Part shown: one piece after another, positions 27,083 to 40,389 of the stretch | Layout of the letters: the number at the start of each line of letters is the position of its first letter | How positions within the stretch are numbered: the stretch's first letter is position 1 | From: Octopus bimaculoides | Lineage: Eukaryota | Assembly: GCF_001194135.2 (NCBI RefSeq) | Contig: NC_068990.1 | Span: forward strand, 84,159,634-84,223,633 | Length of the DNA: 64,000 nucleotides | Direction of reading: 5' to 3' | Program-made: the position numbers and the translations under genes | Notes under the pieces: generated by a model | What the model was told of the DNA's origin: nothing | What the model saw: the letters and a program-made list of their open reading frames with translations, nothing else | Databases searched by the model: none

Positions 27083-29518
27083 TCTACCTTCGTATTATTT
27101 CTGTTGACTGGTCTCATGTTGATGGGTATGAGTACATAATTCTGTATAAAAAATATGCAGCCTAACAACACACTCATATAATAGTCAGTGCATTCTGGGT
27201 AGCTGAACACTGTGAATGGTTAGTAGAGTGCATTTTCGCTGTACAAACAGAATCTTTGACTGATCACCCATATTATCATAGCTCAATCTGTGATTTGCAT
27301 AATATGGTTCACAATTAAGCACACTGTTACCCCAGATCAATGACAAATGAACCAGTAATAAATGAGGCGACATGTACCACTTTCCACTTGGCACTTATGC
27401 TACTAAGAACATTAACATTTTTTTTTTTTGTTATTCTCCTCTAAATTTCAGGCCTGGTGGTTTTATTCATTTGACTGCAGCTATACTGGGATACCAACTT
27501 CAAGACTTTTAGCCAATTTTATCCACCTATTAAGAAGAATAAGGAAAAGTTGACCTGGGCATAAAGGGATGTAACTGAAGTGGAACAAAATGCCATTCAT
27601 TTATGCACAAATTCTTCCATCTCACAGAAAAACATATATAATATACATATGATGTTAGGAAGAGCATCCAGCTGTAAAAACCCTGCCAAAACAGACAGAA
27701 GTTTGATGCAGGGTCCTGTCTGGTCAGCCCCTGTCAAACCATCCAACCCATGCCAGCATGGAAGGCAGACGTTAAATGCTGATGATGATATAATGATGAT
27801 ATACTGTGCTTTCACCCAGGTTCCGTTGACTAAATTTCGCTTATAAGGCTTTGCTTGACCTGAGGTTATGTTAGAAGACACTTATGAAAGGGCTACACAA
27901 TGTGATTGAATTCAAAGCAACATGTTGTGAAGCAATCTTCTTAACTATATAGCCACACTTGTATTTTCAAAGAAATTTTTTTTTTCTTTTCTGTAAATAC
28001 AGTCATGAGATATAAAATCAGATGCATTCAATTTCTCTCAAATATTTTTTCTTATCAGGCAACATAGAATATCCCACTAACATGTTTTTCTTGGGTACCA
28101 TTTCCAGTTTCCTCCCACCTGCCAACCTAACCAGTTTGAAGCTTGAGCGAAGGAGGAAACTTCCATGTGTGTAGTTGCTGAGTCTACTGGAAATGAATAC
28201 CAAAATCTCTTAGGAGTTACTTTTTACTGTCTGAGAAATGGCTGAATATACAGTATAAATGCTTCATGGATGTAATATGCCAGAACATCAATGAAGATTA
28301 GACACAGAAAAACATATTTGATCTGTGGATTGCAATTAGCGATTTAAGCAATTACATATGTACCTGAAATTTATTTGATTAGTGTTTACTTGAAGCTACA
28401 CAACAGTAACGACTATTTGAAAGACAGGTGTAAATTTTGGCTTGAAGACTTCTCAGTTGTCAGAGGCAAATAGATTTAATCTGAAAATTATAAGTAGTTA
28501 ATAATCTTAATATTTAATAAGAGTATCTGCTTCAACAGTAATTTTAGCACTTTCCAACTCTCCTCCATCCCAACAAAGTTTAAATCCCATCCTTAATATG
28601 ATATCAATGTAACTCATTAACAATTAACAAACGACAACAACAACAACAACAACAAAAAGAAAAGAATAAGTTCATTCTAAATTTGATATTAATCACTTGT
28701 TTTGAATAATACATAGTTTGAACCAATTTCACAAATAATTCTCTTTATTTTATCTAAACCTTTTTAACAAAAAAATATACATAAATAAACACAACACTAA
28801 CAACAATAACGAATGTAAAGATCACTTTTACTTCTAATACATTATTGATTAATCAAACATCAAGAGAACTGTTTGAAAAGATCTAACATTGCCCAATGTA
28901 ATCATAGACTACAGTTACCAAATGTTTTGGCACACTTCTCCCATAAGATTAAATGTCATTCAAAGAATTCATAAAACTACAAAACTATTAGCATTGTTAA
29001 ATCTAGTATTACATGCAGTTTCTTCCTGCAGAATTTACTTGGCTTCCTATAGTAAGAATGGAGGACAAACAACACAGCATTATTATTATTTTATAACATT
29101 CAAACAATAGTATTTCATTCATTTTTATGTGTTTTTGTTTGTTTTTGCTTACTTTTCTTTTTGTCATTTATTGTTATGCTCATCAACTGTCATTAACTGC
29201 ATTATCCTCCAATCACTTTACACTATTTCAATAGAACCTATTATAATCAGGCAATGGTTTGCTGCATAAAACAAGTCTCTCACCATTCTATTTAACTCTT
29301 CATTTTAAAGAGATGAATAAATATTGATACGAATTTACATAGCAGACACTGACAGAATAGTATAAAGGACATATGATCAGGACTTACACAGCAGAGGACT
29401 GCCAACCTTTTTCAATGCTGCAATTAACATTTTAACATTTTCTAAATGTGGCATAATGCAGACAACTACAAAAATAATTTAGCAATGTAATTATGACATT
29501 TTGCATACAATCACATGC

Positions 29519-29554
<36 letters not shown>

Positions 29555-30208
29555 NNNNNNNNNNNNNNNNNNNNNNNNNNNNNNNNNNNNNNNNNNNNNN
29601 NNNNNNNNNNNNNNNNNNNNNNNNNNNNNNNNNNNNNNNNNNNNNNNNNNNNNNNNNNNNNNNNNNNNNNNNNNNNNNNNNNNNNNNNNNNNNNNNNNNN
29701 NNNNNNNNNNNNNNNNNNNNNNNNNNNNNNNNNNNNNNNNNNNNNNNNNNNNNNNNNNNNNNNNNNNNNNNNNNNNNNNNNNNNNNNNNNNNNNNNNNNN
29801 NNNNNNNNNNNNNNNNNNNNNNNNNNNNNNNNNNNNNNNNNNNNNNNNNNNNNNNNNNNNNNNNNNNNNNNNNNNNNNNNNNNNNNNNNNNNNNNNNNNN
29901 NNNNNNNNNNNNNNNNNNNNNNNNNNNNNNNNNNNNNNNNNNNNNNNNNNNNNNNNNNNNNNNNNNNNNNNNNNNNNNNNNNNNNNNNNNNNNNNNNNNN
30001 NNNNNNNNNNNNNNNNNNNNNNNNNNNNNNNNNNNNNNNNNNNNNNNNNNNNNNNNNNNNNNNNNNNNNNNNNNNNNNNNNNNNNNNNNNNNNNNNNNNN
30101 NNNNNNNNNNNNNNNNNNNNNNNNNNNNNNNNNNNNNNNNNNNNNNNNNNNNNNNNNNNNNNNNNNNNNNNNNNNNNNNNNNNNNNNNNNNNNNNNNNNN
30201 NNNNNNNN
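29555..30208. other. Largest assembly gap (654 N), flanked by (TA)n; other gaps at 13710-13719, 24037-24333, 36039-36189, 38000-38335, 41903-42034 and 44198-44207
   Basis: Direct reading. Confidence 0.99.
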
Positions 30209-30439
30209 TATATATATATCATAATGATACCTGGCACCTTGCTATACTCAAGATGACAAAGGACCAAGATGCCTGGCATCTTGCAATACTGAAGAAAACT
30301 CATACTCGGTAGGAGAAGTGTTAAGACCAGTCTTTCTGGTGGTGTAAAGTACTTACGGCAGCGCCACATAAAAGCACCCAGAACACTCTGCAAAGTGGTT
30401 GGTGTTAGGAAGAGCATAGTGATAGTATTTAACCACAAA

Positions 30440-31690
30440 GCCATTTGATTTTTCAAAGTACGTGATCATAATTTGTAGTTATTGATTGCAATGCAAACTG
30501 TCTAGATAGCCATTTGACTTTATTAAGTCATCTGAAAGTAACAGCATCATTCTAAGAGACCTCTGCAATTTCAGTCTTGTAACTATAGCTTGAGAAAACA
30601 ATATAAATTGTGCTACCAAAGTTTTCATGTCTCTTACAATTTGATGTTTCCATGTCTCACAAATCCTCAGACCCTCCAAGTGTGTTATACAGTGTTGCTG
30701 AAATAAGTATGAAATAGGTGTCAATCCTGCTGCAACACCATTAACACAGTCCAACATTACTGGTGTTTCATTAGACACAAACATCATATGAAGTAGAAGT
30801 CTTTTCTTTTCATAAAACTACTTGATCAATGAAATACATAGAAAGCATTATCAAACATCTGCAACTGAACAACTCTGCCACAAAACATTTTATACACAAA
30901 ACAAGGTTTAGATCTGAATTTGAAGTACAGAAGGTGACATTTGTTGGCAGATATGTTCATGGTTTCATCAGTTATTAACATGTGAAAATCTATTGATGCA
31001 TTAGTCTCTCTCTCTCTCTCTCTCATTTTATTTATTTATTTATTTTGAAACATTCTTTTCTGAACAGTAAAGTCTCCAAAAATTCAAATGTGTAACTTTC
31101 ACTTCACAAGCTATCTGAGAGTTGAACACAGTTTGCCATATGTTCATTAATGTATTGAATTGAAAATAGAGCTGTTTTAACGCTATCAAAACACAGTCGA
31201 TAAGAACTTTGATCACCTCTAGGTTTGTTTTTGTTTTCACTCATCTGCACACTAATAAAACACATGGTACTCTCATACCAGGTAACGATGAGATCTGTTG
31301 CTCATAATTTTGTACAGCATCCAAATGCAATTTACTTGCCAAATAACTCTTCAAAAAGTCTAGTTTCCAAATATCAACCCACTTCTTTACATTTGCAAAT
31401 TCTCCACCGACTTTTACATCATGACAATACAAACAAATAACTCCAGTTTCCCAATCACACATAAACATTTCTCAAAGACAAACATTCATGATCTCATGAG
31501 TTTTCAAAGGAGCAGTTTCAACTATTCTGTTTAAACCATTCAACTTTAAACGAATTTTAATTCTACTGCATTTCAAGCCCTTCATTTCTTTTGAAGTTGA
31601 CAGAGAGAGTTCAATATTATTTCAATAAAAATCCAGTGAGCTATCTACAGAATTTGAAAGAGAACTTCATAAATTTTACATGAACACTGT
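30440..31690 (-). mobile_element. Decayed hAT transposase (ZNF862-like)
   Basis: Ordered motifs: RFKVEWF; zinc-finger-like VICLYC..KLDFLKSYLASKLH; first catalytic block FHMLITDETMNIS..LLYFKF; second block SNETPVMLDCVNGVAAGL (DGASVM.G..GV-like); CxxH motif QHCITHL. Frameshifted. Confidence 0.8.
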
Positions 31691-32744
31691 CTACCAAACA
31701 GGGCAACAGCTATGTTGCTGCTATACAAACCAAGATGGAAGATGTGAGGTGAAGTAAATTAATACACAATGTGGTATTTTAAAACTGACGACCAAGTTAA
31801 CAGAAGCAATTAGCCATAATTATTTTCACTAAGTATAATTATTAATTACATTATTTTTAGGCAACTAACCTTTTGTGTACACAATTTTTGTGCACTGCAT
31901 GTGCACACATGTAGAGCTAAGACACAACAGTGTTGGCCATCCTGCTTGTAACCTCAACTCAGTTCCTATCCACCTGGAGGACTAGCTCAAACCAGACCCT
32001 AAGTACATGAACAGAACTGTTACTTCGAGACACTGACTCACATGAAATAATGTTTCCCACAAATGTACAAGAGCTGCAATGTTTGAAGAGAGGAAGCTAG
32101 TTGATTGCATCAATCTCAGTACTTGACTGGTTATTTATTTAATCAGCCCTAAAAAGATGAAAAGCAAAGCTAATATCAGAGGGTTTTGAACTCAGGATGT
32201 AAAGTTCCATAATTGATACTGCAAAGCATTTTGTTGGATGATCTAACAATACTGCCAATCTACCACCCTTAGAATGTGGGTTTAAAAAAGAAAATGTTCA
32301 GCCTTTAAGATAAAACTGAAAGTGTTCCAAAGCAGAATAGGTCTAACTTTTGAAGAAAGGATAATACCAAAACAACACTGGTTTTAAGGGATACCAGAAT
32401 AGGTTTAATCTATTCAACAGAGAACAGTTCAATATAGTTATAACTATGACAAGTCCTCAAATTAAAAATTATTTTCCTTATCAAAGTTGAATGGAAAGAC
32501 AGAACAGTAAATTGAGAGAGCATGTAGGAAACAAGACTAAATGTCATATAGTGTTCAGCTTCATTACTCAATATTCTCTCCAAATTTAACCAGAATCAAA
32601 TTTGCATTCTGTTCCCATGGGGGATGGATCAATTAATTCCATAGCTTCCCTTGAAAATTTGGCTTTGTGCCTAGTCAAAACAAATTAAAGATAAACAAAA
32701 GACAAAAAAACTACACAAAGATGTGTGTGGCAGAGGTGAGAGAG

Positions 32745-33105
32745 AGAGAAGCATGGTGTGTGCGTAAGCTCACTTTGTAACGATGTGGTTTCAGGTTCAG
32801 TCTCACAATGCAGCACCTAGGGCCAGTGTGAGCTACTGTACCTCCATGCTAACCTATACCTTGAGAGTGAATTTGCAAGATGGAAACTATGACGAAGCCC
32901 ACCATATATGCATGTGTGTGTTAGTGCCCACTACTTGACAACTGGTGTTGGTTTATGCACCTGTAAATCAGTAGCTTGGCAAAAGAGACAAATAGAATAA
33001 GTAGCAGACTTTAAAATAAGTACCGGGGCCAATTTGTTTGACTAAATCCTTTGAGATAGTGCCCCAAGATGGATGTAGTCCAATGACTGAAATAAGTAAA
33101 ATGAT
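32745..33105 (+). mobile_element. Older copy of the same SINE family
   Basis: Head gcatggtgtgtgcgtaagc..ggttcagtctcac, tail gtccaatgactgaaataagtaaaa. Confidence 0.75.
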
Positions 33106-33119
33106 ATATATATATAATT

Positions 33120-33125
<6 letters not shown>

Positions 33126-33214
<89 letters not shown>
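33126..33214. repeat. Compound (TA)n(CA)n microsatellite
   Basis: Direct reading. Confidence 0.98.
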
Positions 33215-33215
<1 letters not shown>

Positions 33216-33805
33216 ACTCTGATATGGTTTGAACACAAAATGTAGAGGGGAAACAATGCTGTAAAGTATATATACCAGTGCCCCAATGTTCCTCCTGTTT
33301 AACCATTGCTCTACATCAACAATAATAATTAACACTAGTTTTCACATAGATCAAAACATATGCTTCCTTACACACACATTTCAAAAAACAAAACAAAAAA
33401 CAGTGTGTATGAAGCAATGCAAGTAATCAGAGGGAGATAAAAAAAATCAATTAAACAACACCTGCAGTAGAATATTACTCAATGTAATGTTATTTAGTTC
33501 ATAAATCCAGCTATGAGATCATATCCTCTAGTTTGTAAGAACAAAAATGGACAAGAGAAATGTATTGTATAGTCTAACATGTTAGTCATATCCAAGAGTG
33601 AAGATGAGGAGGTTGGTGGTATCTGTGTTTTCTGTAAGGGAGTCATTATGACCTTAAAATCAAAGTTATAAATTAGCATACATTAACATCAGTGCTTTGA
33701 TAATTTATACATTTAGATTTATTTAAACTCTTCAAACTAGTATAAGTCAGTTCCATTCAACTCCTATCTATCCATTTTAGGGCTCCTACAAGCCACACAT
33801 GTATC

Positions 33806-34030
33806 TTAACCCTTTAGCATTTAAACCGGCCATATCCAGTCAAAATATTTTACCTGTTTCATTTTCAAACCGGCCAGATTCAGCTTATCACACTTAGCCT
33901 ACAATATTATTCTAGAAATAAGCTATTACATCACTGAAATCTCAAAGCTGCAAAGTAATGCATGACTAATTCAAAACAATGTGAATAAAAAATTACATTT
34001 GACAGAGAAATCTGAACATTAAAGGGTTAA
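33806..34030. mobile_element. piggyBac-type MITE (TTAA-CCCTTTAG termini)
   Basis: TTAACCCTTTAGCATT ... ATTAAAGGGTTAA, with TTAA on both sides. Confidence 0.8.
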
Positions 34031-35713
34031 ACTAAAGAGTTCTAAAAATCTTTTTAAATAACTTCTGTTAGAAGTTTGTTTTCTTATCTTTTTTTTTATA
34101 CCTCTTTTGTTTTTGTTTTCCCCCAAATGCTCCTCACATTAAATACTAACAATATGATAAGGATTAATTCAATCAGCTGCAACCTGAACTCTATTTTGAC
34201 ATACTCATCAAAAGAAGAAAATTAATACCTATGACCTTTGCAGGATTTCTCTCAAACTGATGATATTGATGAAGTAGATCATGATCAACCTGAATACTCA
34301 CAGGACAATGTCTGTATGAATAAAGAAGGAATCAGAAATCTGGCCTGAATGCTTGCAACTAAGTAAATTCCACTACAAGTACTTAAGGACTGTGTGCTGA
34401 TATCAAATCAAGTAGACTTACTACTCAATATGAAAAGCGGCCTTGAACCCATTCAAAAGGAAATATCAATTATTCAGTAGAAAATCAAATCTGAATTATT
34501 CATTTCTAAAGCAATTCTGAAAATAACATGAACAAATATAAGAATGTAGATAATTTCAAAATAAATAATAAAAAAATGTAAATAATTCCAAATAAAATTT
34601 ATATATCTATCTTTTAGATAATAAAGTAGTAAAATCAGTAGATCACTAAAATAAATACTTAGTGCTTAATCCTGTTTTGAATCCTATCAAAATCAAGTCT
34701 ACCTTTTGTCCATCTACAGTTGATAGCATATGCAGTAACGGTTATATATACCATAAGTCAATTCATTGGACTCTATTTCACCCTTGCCTTACACATGTTT
34801 GGACTTGCACCAATGTCACAAATCATTAGTAAAATCATTAGTGTTATTACTATTATTTTTAATGTAGACTACTAACGGTTGAATTAGGTAATAAATACTG
34901 AAACAGCTATTTTAATCTTACCATTATAATAACAACAATTTCACTGAGATAAAACCTCATCACATGACAGGATTTAAAATGATAGCTATAAATTAATCCA
35001 ATACAAGTACTTTGTATAAGAATGGCTTATAATAGTGCTTGTAACAAACAGTAAACAGTAGACATAAAGTAATATAAACAATTCAAATACTATCATACAT
35101 TTGGAGTTCACATGATACCTTGGGTTGATAAAATAAATGTAACATAATGCAGTTGATTTTGTGTCTTTGCAACATTAGCCATATCTCATATTGGCAAGAA
35201 ACATTTCTGTATAAGAGTTTCTAAACATGAAAAAAATTCAAACTCAAAAGGTGAAAAATTTTAATATCTGATAAATTTGAGTGATCGGAAAAAGAAAACT
35301 TATTTCATTTATTTTTCTTCAAAAAAAATGTTTGGTTAAAATAATAACGTTATAGCCATGATGGGTGTGCTGATATTAAATCAGAGGGTTAGACTTAACA
35401 TACTTAACAGTAATACATTTCACTTGTGCCATTAATACCATAGGGAAAGGCATTAGTGTCACAAAATCATGTTACATTCTCTGTAAATCAATATCCAGAA
35501 GTGCCATAAGTCAACAGAGAGCAGTAAACAAACCTGCAACGATTTGTTCAATGAAATAAACCAATGAAGAAACCACTGTGCAATTGCTTGACTCACTAGA
35601 AATAATAGCTAAATCTCCTTTGTATCACATCCTACCATCTTAAAGCAAGGAATAGTCTAAAAACAAAAGATGGAGTAGTCACAACTGGAATACTTTCAAC
35701 CACATATATATAT

Positions 35714-35878
35714 ATACTCTTTTACTTGTTTCAGCCATTTGACTGCGGCCATGCTGGAGCACCGCCTTTAGTCGAGCAAATCGACCCCAGGACTTATTCT
35801 TTGTAAGCCTAGTACTTATTCTATCGGTCTCTTTTTGCCGAACCGCTAAGTTACGGGAACGTAAACACACTTGCCCAA
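35714..35878 (-). mobile_element. 3' half of the same SINE family
   Basis: tcttttacttgtttcagccatttgactgcggccatgctggagcacc..gaaccgctaagttacggg. Confidence 0.85.
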
Positions 35879-36681
35879 GTGTGTCTTCAAAGACAAATAC
35901 TTTGTTGTTAAGCCTGATAACTCAACATGTCTAAAGATGTACAAAAAACATATATACAGGAATGGTTTGGGATAGAAAAACTGCTTAACCCTTTAGCATT
36001 CACATTATTCTATCAAATGTAAGGCTTATTCTCATATANNNNNNNNNNNNNNNNNNNNNNNNNNNNNNNNNNNNNNNNNNNNNNNNNNNNNNNNNNNNNN
36101 NNNNNNNNNNNNNNNNNNNNNNNNNNNNNNNNNNNNNNNNNNNNNNNNNNNNNNNNNNNNNNNNNNNNNNNNNNNNNNNNNNNNNNNNNTACAAAGTCTG
36201 GTTTGGTGTTCAGTAACAACTGAGTATACACTTATTTACAACCATTCCACTAAAATAGCCCTTGGAAAAAACATTAACATTAAACATTTTTTTGTCTCTT
36301 ATAAAGGATTTGTTGATTTTTTTTTTTTTTTTTTTTTAAATCAATACTTGATATGTATCATTATTACTGGGATGAAGTAACAGAATGCTGAAATTTTAAA
36401 TCCTAATTATCTCCAGATGAGAGCAGGCAAGCTACAATGGACCAAAAAGCTTAAGATGAAGAGGACTGTAGTCAGATGATATCGCATTCCACTATGATGA
36501 CAGGCACAACCAACAAATAAGTATCACTTTATTTAAAAAAGGATAGGCAGCAATTCAAATAAGTACTTATAAATACAATATGTTCTTCAGACACAAATAC
36601 TTTGTTAAGCCTGATAACTCAACATGTCTAAAGATGTACAAAAAACATATATACAGGAATGGTTTGGGATAGAAAAACTGC

Positions 36682-36879
36682 TTAACCCTTTAGCATTCAC
36701 ATTATTCTGTCAAATGTAAGGCTTATTCTCATTGTTTAATCCGCTTAATCTTATAGCTTTGAGATTTTGATGAGGTAACTTAATTTTTAGAATGATCTTG
36801 TAAGGCTGGTGTGGGAGGCTAGATCTGGACTGTGGAACATTTTGGTTGCATATGGCCAGTTTAAATGCTAAAGGATTAA
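36682..36879. mobile_element. piggyBac-type MITE, same family
   Basis: TTAACCCTTTAGCATT ... AATGCTAAAGGATTAA. Confidence 0.8.
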
Positions 36880-36998
36880 ACTTACGTTTTAATTTTTTGA
36901 CAGCCCTATATACAGTATACTAGTTCAGCTCTTTGGGAAATTTAGACTATATTTAGGGAGGTTTCAAAGTAAGTTAATGAATTAAATATGTTTAACAT

Positions 36999-37414
36999 AG
37001 GCGCAGGAGTGGCTGTGTGGTAAGTAGCTTGCTTACCAACCACATGGTTCCGGGTTCAGTCCCACTGCGTGGCACCTTGGGCAAGTGTCTTCTACTATAG
37101 CCTCGGGCCGACCAAAGCCTTGTGAGTGGATTTGGTAGATGGAAACTGAAAGAAGCCCGTCGTATATATGTATATATATATATGTATGTGTGTTTGTGTG
37201 TCTGTGTTTGTCCCCCCCATCATCGCTTGACAACTGATGCTGGCGTGTTTACGTCCCCGTAACTTAGCGGTTCGACAAAAAGAGATTGATAGAATAAGTA
37301 CTAAGCTTCCAAAGAACAAGTCCTGGGGTCGATTTGCTCGACTAAAGGCAGTGCTCCAGCATGGCCGCAGTCAATTGACTGAAACAAGTAAAAGAGTAAA
37401 AGAGAGTAAAGAGT
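36999..37414 (+). mobile_element. Young, full-length tRNA-derived octopus SINE
   Basis: Head AGGCGCAGGAGTGGCTGTGTGGTAAG..GGTTCAGTCCC (A/B-box-like), internal microsatellite, tail (GTAAAAGA)n; CpGs retained. Confidence 0.9.
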
Positions 37415-37890
37415 GAGTATAACTGTTGACAAAATCCCCTATAACTTTGATCATGAAACCAATTCTGTAAGACAAAAGAGGGTCAAACTGACACAACATA
37501 CTGGCTTATTTCTACTCAAAAGAATATATTCATTCTGCGAAAAAAAAAACAAAAAAACCAATGTCTATTATCAATTAAGATCCACTGAGTAACATACCTT
37601 AACTTGATATTTAACATTATAGATATAGCTTGAAAATTTGATCTTGAGCTATTGTTATAAAAAGGTATGTGGGACATTGATGTGCTAAAAAAAAGAATAC
37701 CTAACATTTCAGGAATAGCTTTTTACTTTAGAATCTTCTCAAAACATACTGACTTTTGCCAAGGACATTAACTGCAATCCTTACTGAATTCTAGTGATCA
37801 TTTTAAGAAACATTAACAGATAAAAACAAAACACTTATACTAACTTTGCCCCATTGCATTTTGTTTTGGATCTTAAATAAAGGATCTAAT

Positions 37891-38503
37891 TTACTCTTTT
37901 ACTCTTATAATTGTTTTAGTTATTTGACTGCGGCCATGCTGGAGCAGTGCCTTTTAGCCGAACAAATCGACCCCGGGACTTATTCTTTGGAAGCCTAGTN
38001 NNNNNNNNNNNNNNNNNNNNNNNNNNNNNNNNNNNNNNNNNNNNNNNNNNNNNNNNNNNNNNNNNNNNNNNNNNNNNNNNNNNNNNNNNNNNNNNNNNNN
38101 NNNNNNNNNNNNNNNNNNNNNNNNNNNNNNNNNNNNNNNNNNNNNNNNNNNNNNNNNNNNNNNNNNNNNNNNNNNNNNNNNNNNNNNNNNNNNNNNNNNN
38201 NNNNNNNNNNNNNNNNNNNNNNNNNNNNNNNNNNNNNNNNNNNNNNNNNNNNNNNNNNNNNNNNNNNNNNNNNNNNNNNNNNNNNNNNNNNNNNNNNNNN
38301 NNNNNNNNNNNNNNNNNNNNNNNNNNNNNNNNNNNATATATGACGGGCTTCTTTCAGTTTCCGTCTACCAAATCCACTCACAAGGCTTTCCTCAGCCCGA
38401 GGCTATAGTAGAAGACACTTGCCCAAGGTGCCACGCAGTGGGACTGAACCCGGAACCATGTGGTTGGTAAGCAAGCTACTTACCACACAGCCACTCCTGC
38501 GCC
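37891..38503 (-). mobile_element. Young SINE of the same family, inverted relative to the 36999 copy, spanning a gap
   Basis: 38341-38503 is a near-identical reverse complement of 36999-37162. 37891-37999 matches the tail. Confidence 0.9.
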
Positions 38504-40352
38504 ATTTTTTTTTTTTTTTCTTACTAAGAAATCCAAATTTCAAAAGTTTAAAATTTCAGAACAGTAGAGGCAATATAGTTGCAGCTGTATCAAAACTAAT
38601 GTAACCCCAAGTACAAACACACCTACTCATAATTTATAATTTGGGAATAACAAAATAAAAAAACAAAGAGGAAAAAAAAAAATCAATATTCATGAATGTA
38701 TTTAATACAAAGAGGAAGTTTTCAGACTTACAAATAAGACAGAGTTTACTGTGACAGTTCATGAAAGTGTTTTGTGTACCTGTGACAAAGTGATACTGAA
38801 TACCATCTGTGCTACAGACATAATTTGTTTGTCCATTAAATGCACAATACAAAAGACATCACTTTCAACTGTAAGTTTTGCCTTTAGACATAGAGAACTA
38901 TGTAACCATAAAATAGCTAGTAAAAAATTAAAAGAAAAAAAAACTTTCATCAGTTTTTCAAAAGAATTATCAAATGATGGTTTTAAATATTTAGTATATA
39001 TTCCATCAATTTGTCAGCTAAGCTCAAAAGTAAATGCTTACTTCCTTCATGGATACATTGCCATTAGATGAGTATGTTAAATATGTCCAGATAATGCTGT
39101 GTGCAAATATAAGTCTAGAGTAAACCAAATAGTTAGGAAGCTGATCTATCATAGGCAACAATTCCAGATCATGCAGCAACTGAACAACACAAACCAGTGT
39201 AAAACCAATTTTACATTGTTACCACTGTATAATGCAACACTTGGGTTTTTAAAAAAAAGTAAGGACACATTGTATAATGTAGTCCTAAGTATACTTAGGT
39301 GAAATAAAAATGGGACAATAATTACAGGAACACTTTTGATCGTAGGACTGTTTGATCGTGATCTGACATGGAGTAGAACAGTAACAGCCACTTGCAGCAT
39401 CTACTTAAAGACATCATCATCATCATCACAGGATACAAATCACCAATCCCCCATTGGTTTCCCTGAATTCTATCAGCTCAGTCATCCACTCCCTTTACAA
39501 AGAGGAAGCCTCAAATTTATTAATGAAGAGAAATTATATCCTGTGAGGCATGATTTCCTCATTATAGTAAAATAATACTGAATATGAGGTCAATTTGATA
39601 CATTTAACATGAATTGTATCACCTAGGTTTCAGAACTTATCTATTATTGTATAGTCTATAGTCTTTGATGCCTAACATTTCTCCTCTACTGTATCCCACT
39701 AACTAGTAATGTGTATCTTGTACATCTGAAGCCATTGTTCACTTTTGCGTGCCAAAAATCCCACTGTAGATGTGTAAATAAATTCTTTAAGAATAACAGC
39801 AGAACAAATCGTGCAGACCTAAATGAGAAGGAAACTGTATACAAAGTTGTTCACATTCATGCTAAATTGAGAAAGCCTGGATAAATTATAATAAAACAAA
39901 GTTACATGTTATTCAATATCAGTATCCACTTAACTAAGGAACAATCCCATGTGTACAATCCATTAATGATTCAACTTCCACTCTTAATATTGCACCATCC
40001 AGAAATGTTCTCAATTCTTTCCTGTTATACAGCTGCCACCTGGAGAAAGTGAGTCACATTTCCTACACACACACACAAACATGCACTACCACCACAAATT
40101 TATGATATACATGACAGTTTCACATTTAAGTTGAAGTAGATATAACTACTACATATACTTTTAACATGGATGAGGTCTCTAAATCCCAACATAGAAGCTG
40201 AAATAGTTTTCAAATACAACTCCTTAGCTAACTGTATGTACAGACTCAAGTTTCGGTATGATTAAGCCTCTAGCCCTCTTCAAATAGAAACCTAAGTTAA
40301 AGTCACAAAGGAGGGGGTGGGTGGAAAAGAGGGAGAGAAAATATTACAAAAA

Positions 40353-40389
<37 letters not shown>

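Noticed and set aside
29491-30456. Long ORFs spanning N gaps or microsatellites (also at 23.9-24.6, 33.0-33.3, 36.0, 37.9-38.4, 41.9-42.3, 43.1-43.7 and 53.8-54.3 kb)
   Set aside because: Artefacts of X-translation and dinucleotide repeats.
34244-34348. Acidic + strand mini-ORF (DFSQTDDIDEVDHDQPEYS..) and an overlapping minus-strand 10-nt microexon (34311..34302)
   Set aside because: Overlaps a probable decayed repeat. The microexon is frame-shifting with a weak -1 position, and there is no homology support.
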